A DNA stretch of 64,000 nt from Marsupella aquatica. Lineage: Eukaryota; Plantae; Marchantiophyta. The notes beneath the pieces are model-generated. The model was not told the DNA's origin. It worked only from the letters and a program-made list of their open reading frames with translations, and ran no database searches. The stretch spans positions 18,301,292 through 18,365,291 of the forward strand of contig OZ316898.1 in NCBI GenBank assembly GCA_973895155.1, in the 5' to 3' direction. Positions 1 through 9,246 of this stretch are shown here, piece by piece. The number at the start of each line of letters is the position of its first letter. Within the stretch, counting starts at the first letter, position 1. A program made the position numbers and the translations under genes.

Positions 1-141
1 GACGATCTGGAACATCCGTTCCGCCCAGGGATTTTGAGTCGACGAATCCAAGTTGGACAGTCTTTTCAGATTCTCAGATCGACATAGAAGCTTACATCTA
101 TGCATTGTTGACAGCTTGCATGACGATCGTCATAATGTGCC

Positions 142-2019
142 CTATCCGGCCAATTCAGCAATACGGTTTGCCCAGGGATTCACGCCAAGGTGCTCCAAGG
201 GTCGGTCAGTTTCATTTCTGAGGCGAATGACCTCCGGAGAAGAGAGAGACTGGTGTTGGAATCCCATGAACGCCAACACCTGGTTGTCGGCGAAGTTCAA
301 AGCTCTGTCGATGCCCTTCATGCAGGTCTTGGCCCCTGGAGTGTCGTCATCGGAGTGATGGCAAGGACCGCAGCCGGTGAAGTGTGTGATCCATGGCCAG
401 CGGTGGTTCCCCAGCCCCGGATGATATTTCTCCATGAGTTCTTCAAAAGTGTCCACAATCGGAACCCACCATCCGCTGATCATGTATTCGGGCGAGTCCA
501 CGAGCTTTACCTTCGCCTTGACAGCCTTATCGGTGATCATCAGATACGCAAGAGCGGACTGGTCATCGGCCGACCACTCGTTCCTGCCTTTGAGAACTCC
601 TGACAAAACTTGGCCGTATGCATCTCTAGCTGGGCCCCGAGGTCCCATGGGGGACCACTTGTCAATCAGATCGAGGGTCCATTGACAGTTCCGGATCATG
701 AAGACGCCAGCATTGTAAGAGGTCCAATGTTTTTCCTCGTAAAAGTAATCGTTGATACCCCACATGATCATGTTGTAGCCATCATAGGTCTTCCAAGGGG
801 CTTCGAAGATCATGTCTGTGAAAATCGCATCGCTGTCGAGCCAGAAGAACCATTCGATCTCTGGATGAGCAAGCATGAGCGTCCGGATCGTTGGGAGCTT
901 GACCCAGAAGCTGTCAAACAAAGGATCCAGCCAAACGAGATTGTAGTAGATCTCGTAGTCGTGCATCCGGGCGTAGTCCATCTTGAGCTTAAGAGATTTG
1001 ATGTGAAAACTGTCTCCCTGAGAACCATGGCATGGTCCCGGCTGGGATCCTGTCACGATGAGAACCCGTGGCTTTCCTTCTGGTGTTGTTCTCATTTTGG
1101 GGTTCGCACTCAACCAGCGTTCACGCTGCACATCCCAATCTTTTATGGTTGGACCGAGTAAGTAGGGCTCAGGGAAGACGAAAGGTTCGTCCTTCTTCTC
1201 CTCCTCCGCAGCGTTTTTTTGCACTTCAGCTGAATTCTCGTTCTGCCTCTGCTGCTGCTCCTTCTCAGTCTTTGCTTCCTCCGTCTCCTCGATTTTTCCG
1301 TCATTGGACACCTGTGGCTCCTCTTGAGATTCCCGTTTCTCTTTTAATATCTTTTGCTCATTCAACTCCTGCGCAGCGATCTTCAACTTCTCTACGTCCT
1401 CATGCTCATTCTCGTGGTCCCTTTCCTTGTGTCCCTGTAAGTGCAAACTTTGTTATTGATCAGATAAGAGGTGTCAAGAATTAAATTTCTCCCAAAAATA
1501 TTAGCAATCATCTTATCCTAGTGCAGGTTCAAGCAATGGGCGGGACGTTGCAAAAATAACTGAATCGGACTCTACGGATCAATTACATAGACGGATCGAA
1601 GATTAGTAGAGGTTGTTTGAAATTCGAGCCCCGTTTCGTAGTTTCTCGAGAAAGCAGACTTTTGACTCGTTACTGTCGTGTCCTCAGAAGTCACTACAGT
1701 AATTAAGGATCATTCTAGAGCTGAGATGTACGCACGTATTTTTTTTTTCGGACATTCCATTCATACAGATGGATGATCCCATCCTTAATTACAAATTCCT
1801 TACCTGCATGAGATTACGGGAAGCGAATTGCTCATGGTTGAGTAGTTGTCGATACCCGGCTATGGATCCTTCAAGTTTCGTCGTGTCTGGAGTCATCCTT
1901 CTCCCGTTATAATAATGCGTAGTCGCTGCATCGGTGGGAACCGCGTTGAGCTGGCTGAGGACTGTGCAGACCAGCAATCCGATCTGCAAGATGTTGTGGC
2001 CGCTCGCTAAACCCCTCAT
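142..2019 (-). CDS. GT34 family glycosyltransferase (xyloglucan xylosyltransferase / galactomannan galactosyltransferase-like), two exons: complement(join(142..1434,1804..2019))
   Basis: GT34 motifs VLIVTGSQP, KMDYARMH, FWVKLP, WFFWLDSDA (DxD), NAGVFMIRNCQW, DQSAL, HFTGC, RALNFADNQVL. Exon 1 encodes a hydrophobic anchor/signal segment ending at CAG|GTAAGG; acceptor TTACAG|GGA; both phase 0. Confidence 0.92.
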
Positions 2020-2859
2020 GTTGGGAGTTATCAAGTTCTCAGGCTTATTAGATCGACCGATAGATGCACAGAGCCTGCTCCAATCATGGAAGTACAATGT
2101 CGATGTCAACAATTGCTCAGTTTGAACAGAGTTCTGAGGATTTGACTCAATATTCTGGATTCCACATGCTACTCATGTTCGATCAACGATCTCCCATTGC
2201 ATAAAACGTGGAAATTGTTCTATCGAATTCAATGGGTCTTGGTCACAATTGTCTAGTAAGGCTACTGAGCTCATGACCTCAAGAAGACACTCTAGAACTC
2301 ATCTGAAGCATGAAGCTCAGTGCAAGTGAGCTTGCGAATAGGTCTGCAAAATCGCAATTGGGCGTCAGGCACTGTAATTAGACAATCTACTGGATCTCCA
2401 TTTAAAGGCCACCGCATCCGTGAGCGAAAAGAAGCCTCTTGCTGCCATTTTGGTTGCGAGCTCCTCAATGACCGGTTTCTCATCACACACAGCAGTACGT
2501 TCAGAGATCCCACTGGATCCCGACATGATGGCCACGAAACACTTGTCAATGACAGGTTTCCCATCCCAGTCAGCTGTACCTTCAGAGATCCTTTGGGTCT
2601 CGATGTGAGGGCCACAATGCTCGGGATCTAAGCTTCGCTGCTGTAAAGTTGTTTGCGCGCTGACTGCATGCCATGAAGTGATGCAGGGAAGCAAGCCACC
2701 AGACTCCTCTCATAGGCGCATGCAAAACATTTGTCAACCGATCAGTGAACAATTCAAGAAGAAAAATTGAGACAGTGAAACAAACGAGTGCCATTTTGTT
2801 TGCTGTCTAAAATCAATGCTTGGCATGGAAGCAGTCCTCTAGTCTTTTCCACGTACAGT

Positions 2860-3140
2860 ACCAGGCAACTTTTCGTCTTGAACAGCTGACAAACGAGTGA
2901 GTGCGATTGTCCTTCATCGATATGAGTGAGTGAGATGAGCAACTTTTCGTCTTTGAAGAGCTGACAAACGAGTGAGTGAGTGCGATTGTCCTTCGTCGAT
3001 ATGAGTGAGTGAGACGAGCACGTTGTGAGCTGTGAAAATCTAAAGTCGAAGAAAACCAAATGAGAAACGTTGTGAGCTGTGAAAATTCAAAGTCAAAGAA
3101 AAACCAAATGAGAACGTTGAGTTGTGGAAATCCAAAGTCA
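2860..3140. repeat. Degenerate tandem repeats upstream of GT34 gene (GAAAACCAAATGAGAACGTTGTGAGCTGTG-type units and GAGTGAGT units)
   Basis: Repeated units visible; copy number is higher in the paralogous 40420-40800. Confidence 0.7.
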
Positions 3141-3322
3141 GAGGTCTACAGTAGAGGTCCTTCACACTCTCATCACTTGGAATGTAGTCCTCGCTCAACG
3201 GGATCATCATAATTATGTGTCTCCCAGGTCGTGCGCATTGCCTGGCTGCCATCCAATGAATCCCAACCACGTGAGGAAAACTTTTCCATGGAGTTGCTGT
3301 CTTGTTGATGAGTCCTCAGCAG

Positions 3323-4328
3323 CCCGGTTTGGACTTGCCTGGCAAATAGGCCGTTTTAAGGCCGTCAACCGGCAAGCCGACACCCGGTCTCTCCCGGTCG
3401 GCATCATCCGGTCCCGGCCCGAGTAAATCCGGTCCCGGCCTGAGTACTCCCGGTCCTCTTCCCTCCCGGCCCCGGACCCTAAACCCCCCCGGCCCGGACC
3501 CCGGATCCTTCATCCTCCCGACCCCGGACCCTAAACCTCCCCCGGCCCGGACCCTAAAGCCCTCCCGGCCCGGACCCTAAAGCCCGCTCTCCCGGCCCGG
3601 ACCCTAAAGCCCCCCCTTCCCGGCCCGGACCCTAAAGCCCCCCCTCCCGGCCCGGACCCTAAAGCCGCCCCCCCCCCCCCCCGCCCCCGCCCCGGTCCCT
3701 CCTCCTCCTCCCCACCCGGGCCTCCTTCCCCCCCCCACCCGGGCCTCCTCCTCCTCCTCCCCACCCGGGCCTCCTCCTCCTCCCCACCCGGGCCGGGCCT
3801 CCTCCCTTCCCCCACCCGGGCCTCCTCACCCCCCCACCCGGGCCCCCCTCCACCCGGGCCGGGCCTCCTCCCTCCCCCCACCCGGGCCTCCTCCCCCCCC
3901 CCACCCGGGCCCCCCTCCACCCGGGCCGGGCCTCCTCCCTTCCCCCACCCGGGCCTCCTCACCCCCCCACCCGGGCCCCCCTCCACCCGGGCCGGGCCTC
4001 CTCCCTCCCCCCACCCGGGCCTCCTCCCCCCCCCACCCGGGCCCCCCTCCACCCGGGCCGGGCCTCCTCCCTCCCCCCACCCGGGCCTTCCTCCACCCGG
4101 GCCGGGCCGGGATTTAAAGCCGGGGCCGGGGCCGGGTGACGAGAGGTAGGGGGGGGGGCCGGGCCGGGTCCGGGAAGAGGCCGGGAGGAGTTCGGGCCGG
4201 GCCGGGAGAAGTTCGGGTCGAGCCGGGGAATAAAGACGAATATGCGTCAAATGAGAGCATTTCAGGCCGGCAAATGCCGAGTTTACGTGTCGGGCAACTC
4301 GGCAAGTTGCCCGTCACATCAAACCGGG
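3323..4328. mobile_element. Non-autonomous GC-rich TIR element (MITE-like) with 8-bp TSD and internal C-rich minisatellite
   Basis: TIR CCCGGTTTG...CAAACCGGG; TSD CTCAGCAG at 3315-3322 and 4329-4336; empty site present in duplicate copy B (~40994); related shorter copy at 20883-21251. Confidence 0.88.
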
Positions 4329-5805
4329 CTCAGCAGTCCTTAGTTCTAACGCCCACACAGCTTGAATCTCATCATCATATCATCATTGTCACTTCTAAAA
4401 CTTTCCACTTCATTACTTCATTGTAGTTTCTTTGTTTTTAGTTCTTTTGTTGTTGTGGACTCCTTCTTTGTTTTTTTGTTCCTTTGTTGTTGTTGTGGAG
4501 TACTCCTTGGCTTTGCTGGACCTTTTTGGTCTTTCTTGGGGCCTTTTCCAGTTCCTATTCCTTCCTCTTTATTGGATTGATTTGTCTATGGACCCTGTCT
4601 CCCCGCCTGGTGTTGTTATCCTTTGGCACTTTGATATACTTACTTGATGTGAAAATGAAGTAAGGGAGTTTTCATTTTAAGGAAGTGGGTGAATGGAAGC
4701 AACTAGGGACTAAGTCAGGAAGTAATTATTTTTAAAAAAGCCACATGTCATCAAACCCAAAGACTGTATTCACAATAGCAAACCCATGATCATCTAATTG
4801 GGCATCTAATCCACAAGTAGCTGACATAAATAGAAACACGATTGATGTTCACCTCAGCTGAGATTAAATCCACATGAACACACGAGAGCTTTAATATTGC
4901 ACTCTAGGCCCGTCAGCGATGCCAAGTCTTTGCAACACAAGCTCTCCCTATATATCCCTCAACTAGCTTTGTAACAATGAGCATGAGTTTCTTGTATCTA
5001 AGCAAACACTTCTTGGGATATAGTGTACGTGTAACATGCATGACTAACATATTAACCAAGTCCATGATTACGGTTAGCCCCGGGGTTAGCCCTAACTATG
5101 GTTACAATCATGATCCTAGACTAGAGTCAAATGGGAGATTGTTATGCATTTACACTTAAGTCTAGGGTTATGAATGTAACCATGGTGAGAAAAGTATCAA
5201 GGCGAGGCAATAAAATATAATTTTTGCAATGAATGTAGTTATTAAGACATGTTATGTGTGATCCTGGCCATACAATTGTTATGGCTGTGTTCAAGGCATT
5301 GCAGATAGAAGTTTTGGAAACGCTAGATAGTGACCACCGCATCATCGAGTCCAAACACAACCAAGTGATAAGAGTATAAATAGTTTATATTTTATTCATA
5401 TTCAAAGTTTTTCAAATATTTTTTCCAATTTTTTAAATGTAAATTTAAATAAATCACCCTATTCATTAAAACTGGAATTTCTCTAGTCCAAAAGTTGACC
5501 TTCAAATTTATTATTTTACCCCCAAAAATTCTATAACTTGTTCCCCAAAAGCATACAATTTAGTGGCCAAATATACACTTTTTGAGGTCTAAAATTACAA
5601 CTCTAATGCCCAAATTATTAATTAAATAATTCAGTTATCAATTATAAATACTTATTAATTAAAAGATAATAAAGTGTTCTTATCACTGGTGGTCGAACCG
5701 TAAGTACTTTTAGACCATCTATTTTGCGTGTTGTAGCAAATTCCTCCCCACTATTTTGTATAACAAATTTAGACTGCCATCCATGCTAGTATACACCGCG
5801 TAGTT

Positions 5806-6797
5806 CTAGCAAATGTTCTGACATGGTATTAAGCAAGCTAGTTGCAGGTATTGGACTGTATGCAAATGAATAGGACGAACAGACTTGTCAGAACGAACAA
5901 GTAAAAGACGAACATCTCCGTAACCTGGTGAGACTGTTGAGCCCGCTCCAGTGTTGATCGTGAGTGGATCATCCACGTAGTTCTCCAAAGTATCACGATT
6001 GTTACAGAAATGGTGGTCCGCGCCCGAATCAGAAATCCACGTAGCTGGTGTTAGATGATCTGTAGCATCTGAGTGAACTTGATGCGAGTATTGAGCGAAG
6101 GTAAAAACATCACGAAGCGGAGAAGTCAATCTAGTTGGTTGACTAGAGGTAGATGCTTGAACTTGCATTGTTCCTTTCAATCGTTCTTGAATCCATTGCA
6201 TTACGATGGTATTTGGTTGCCATCCAGGCCGACGAAGATGGACATGTTTATAAAAACACATGTCATCTTTGTGATTGGAGAAGTGGCAAAATGAACACTT
6301 CGGAGTGGGTACAGAAGAACGTGACTGTGAGGACTGAGCTTGTGTCTGCAATCGAGACACATTTAATTGAAGCGTTGGCTGTTCTCGTTCTTGTTGACTT
6401 CACCACTCATCCTTGGCCTCTTGAAGAACCAGATCTAAAGACGGTGTGTGCAATGGATCTCGACGCATCTGGTTGCGAATGTTTGGAGCCCAGTGCTGAA
6501 AATTCGGATGTGGATCAAGAATGAACAAGAACTGCATAATCTAAACCTCAGGATCAATGGTGATTCCCGCAATGATATATACAACGATCAACTGCATCCA
6601 AATATCGACCAGAAAATGCTTCCATCTCCTCACCTTGATACTGCAATTTGACGAAATGTCGCCAATAGTCATGTTTCTGTACGATTCCTCGTGGTTGAAA
6701 TTGTTGTTGCAACTTCTCCCAACATGCTTTCGTTGTAAGCAAATGTGTCAGACTAGTCTGGACATGAGGCTTACAAGAAGACAGGATAATCATCCAA
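5806..6797 (-). pseudogene. Ty1/Copia gag 3' part, zinc knuckle and aspartic protease remnant
   Basis: MIILSSCKPHVQ...CWEKLQQQF (gag), CSFCHFSNHKDDMC (CCHC knuckle), WISDSGADHHFCNN (Copia protease); frameshifted; no integrase/RT downstream. Confidence 0.85.
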
Positions 6798-6799
6798 AA

Positions 6800-6832
6800 C
6801 ACAGTGACGGACCAAACGAGAAGTGTGACCAC
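6800..6832 (+). repeat. Left TIR CACAGTGACGGACCAAACGAGAAGTGTGACCAC
   Basis: Reverse complement of 18783-18815 with 2 transition mismatches. Confidence 0.93.
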
Positions 6833-7145
6833 ACTTCTCGTTTTGCCCGCGGCGAAAAAAGTTTCTAAGGCAAAAAAGTCTTGGATACGGAATTAGTATT
6901 CCCACTAAAAACTAGTTTTTCAAATTGAAAAAATGGGAAAAATTGACACAAATACGAAGATGGGATACGGCATATCCCATTTCGGATCCAACCGAGGAAT
7001 TCCAAAAACAAAAAAACCAAACGCAGTAAAAGTGCCGATATTGGTTTACCCGAAAAGAATATTCCAAAATGATTCTTCTCAACGGTAACATTTAACCGAC
7101 TACGATGCAACTGCAGTCAAATACTAACCACGGTCAGTGAGAAAA

Positions 7146-7158
7146 CTATAAATAGGAG
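7146..7158 (+). promoter_or_regulatory. TATA box (CTATAAATAGGAG) for the first cargo transcription unit
   Basis: Canonical TATA ~140 bp upstream of ATG 7290; nearly the same motif recurs at 8644. Confidence 0.45.
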
Positions 7159-7289
7159 ATCACCGCTTGAGAATTTTACGCTCATTTTTTCTCGTTCAAC
7201 TGAACTGTACGCACTAAAGCTCTTGCTGCCTTTCAGTGACCGACACCCACTCAAGCTTAAGCTTTCCTTGAAAAACAAAGTTTTCTCTT

Positions 7290-7625
7290 ATGAGTCTAAT
7301 GGCGGTCCAGAATCAAAACCTTGAGAAACGTGCTCGTCGATTGTATAAGCGATTAGTTGCACTCAAAGTTCTTCGTCCTGGATTAGGCGCGCTATGGACG
7401 GGAGGCGTGGATCCACATGATAGTTTGAATCCACTCCGAATAGAGTTTTGTGAAAAAAATGAGGATGGAGTTCCGATTCGGTCGAGGATATGTTTGAGTG
7501 GTTGTCTGCACTCTATTAATTCTTCTTGTAACTATTGTCGTGATGCCCAAAACAAATATCATCGATTGGCATATTTTTGTTGTCGGATTTGGAACGAAGA
7601 TCCTTGGGTTAACTTATCGCGTTGA
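7290..7625 (+). CDS. Small Cys-rich hypothetical ORF inside the transposon
   Basis: 111-aa ATG ORF downstream of a TATA box; several Cys/His (CLSGCLH..CNYC..H..FCC); no recognisable family. Confidence 0.3.
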   Translation: MSLMAVQNQNLEKRARRLYKRLVALKVLRPGLGALWTGGVDPHDSLNPLRIEFCEKNEDGVPIRSRICLSGCLHSINSSCNYCRDAQNKYHRLAYFCCRIWNEDPWVNLSR

Positions 7626-7801
7626 ATTTTCTTGATTAGTGTGTAAGTGTTTAGGTGAACGTTCTTGGGTCAAACATTTTGTGAATATATTTTTCTTTTG
7701 ATCAAAGAAATAAAATCAGTTTTTCCATCACTGTTTTATAGGTTGCTGAGAAAGAGCTCACCATCTCATTTATTACTCCAGGTATCCACTCTTATTTTGG
7801 A

Positions 7802-8353
7802 ATGGCAGTCACTGAGAACCCTGTCTTTACAAGGTTAGCGATGTCATTCGACAAAGAGAAGAAACAAATTCAACAAAAAAGTGGCCAAAGGGAATCCAGA
7901 TTGCTTTTGGATGGACTTCCTAACGAGATTGTTGAAACGTTCATTTGGCCCATTTTGAAAGTTTGTTGTATAGAGGATGAGTTTGATTCCTCCAAGAACC
8001 AAGCTGATGAGAGATTGATGCGATTAAAAACCATGGTGTGGCTTGGATGCACCTCCAAGAAATGGAACCAGCTCGTAATTTGTACATGAGTCTGGGGTAT
8101 TCTTAGACTAGCAAAAAGCCAGCTTGAGGAAGTAAATGAAATGCTGACAAGCATTCCCGATGGAAAACCCCTTTAGAATGTTCATATTGAAGCTTTTGTT
8201 AGGATGGAAACACCGAATCTTCCTCCAATCGATTTCTTAGGTTTATTTTCAAGGTCTGACCTAAATCGATTTCAAGAAGACTGGCACAATCTTGAGAAAG
8301 ATGAGCAAGCGAGGCTCTTGGAAATGTATGGGGAAGCTTCTAGTCTGGTTTAG
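7802..8353 (+). pseudogene. F-box-like protein gene (transposon cargo), interrupted by in-frame stops
   Basis: LLLDGLPNEIVETFIWPIL...LGCTSKKWNQLV resembles the F-box LPxEI..V(S/C)KxW pattern; frame continues past TGA 8087 and TAG 8174. Confidence 0.5.
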
Positions 8354-8643
8354 AGCCATCTTGAATGGGCTCTTTGTAAAGACTCTTTTTAAGAATATTA
8401 ACTTAGTTTATTTTGTGGCACAATTCCGAATGAATAAAGAGTTTTGTGATTACCCTTGCATCAACCCGATTCGCTACGCGTAAAATCTATTTGGTTGAAT
8501 ACAAGGACTTGGGGATATGCCTTATCTCTAGTCCCATCAAGAGAAAAAAGTATACATAGACATCCAGACTCCAACCCTACGCTTTTGGATACACATTATC
8601 GCCTGTGGAAACCTTATCGCCTGTGGATACGAAGGTGATAAAG

Positions 8644-8655
8644 TATAAATAGGAG
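8644..8655 (+). promoter_or_regulatory. TATA box (TATAAATAGGAG) for the ParB-MTase gene
   Basis: Followed by a pyrimidine-rich leader, a putative 5'UTR intron (GT ~8779 to CAG 9242) and ATG 9247. Confidence 0.45.
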
Positions 8656-8819
8656 TGCTTGCTCAGAAAAATTACTCTCATTTCTTTTTCTTCTCAACTT
8701 TGTTTGCCTCCGCGTTTTTCTCGGGCCGCAACATCTCTATAGCTTTTCGTATTTGCTCGAATCAAAAGCAAAAAATAGGTAAAAATTGAAGAAACTCTCC
8801 CCTCCTCGTTTGGTTAATT

Positions 8820-9205
8820 GTTGAATCCTAAGAGGGATACGCTGTATCCCCCTTTGTATTCAACTCTATTATTTGGCCTTCTTTTCAATGTTGAATACGA
8901 GATGGGATACCGCGTACCCCATCTCGCATTGAACACCCTCTTTTTAGTCTTCCATACAAACCTCCTCGCTTTTTCTTGACTTTGAATACAAACTGGGATA
9001 CCGCGTATCCCATTTCGCTTTCAAGTCCCTCTTTTTTGTTAATTGCATCAGACTCTGGACATTTGTTGTTGTTGGATGCAAAATGGGATACCGCGTATCC
9101 CATTTTGCATTCAACTCCCTCTTTTTTGTTCTTTGCATCAAACTTGGCAATTGTTGATGTTGGATGCAAAGTGGGATACCGCGTATCCCATCTCGCATTC
9201 AACTA
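8820..9205. repeat. Tandem array (~90-bp period) of palindrome TGGGATAC-N3-GTATCCCA, in putative 5'UTR intron
   Basis: Cores at ~8834, 8903, 8994, 9084, 9173. Confidence 0.85.
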
Positions 9206-9246
9206 CTTTTGGTCTGGTTCTGAGTGTGTCAATCTTTTTCAGGATC

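Larger units (their letters stand above)
1378..5452. repeat. Segmental duplication copy A (paralogous to 38908-43363)
   Basis: Near-identical sequence and near-identical translated ORFs (e.g. 2292..2615 vs 39840..40163; 2320..2631 vs 39868..40179). Confidence 0.93.

Noticed and set aside
3531-4250. Gly/Pro/Arg-rich ORFs as glycine-rich or extensin-like proteins
   Set aside because: Open only because of the GC minisatellite inside a TSD-flanked insertion.
6800-6845. True RAG recombination signal sequence
   Set aside because: Heptamer matches but there is no ACAAAAACC nonamer at 12/23 spacing and the transposase motifs are not RAG1-like by eye.
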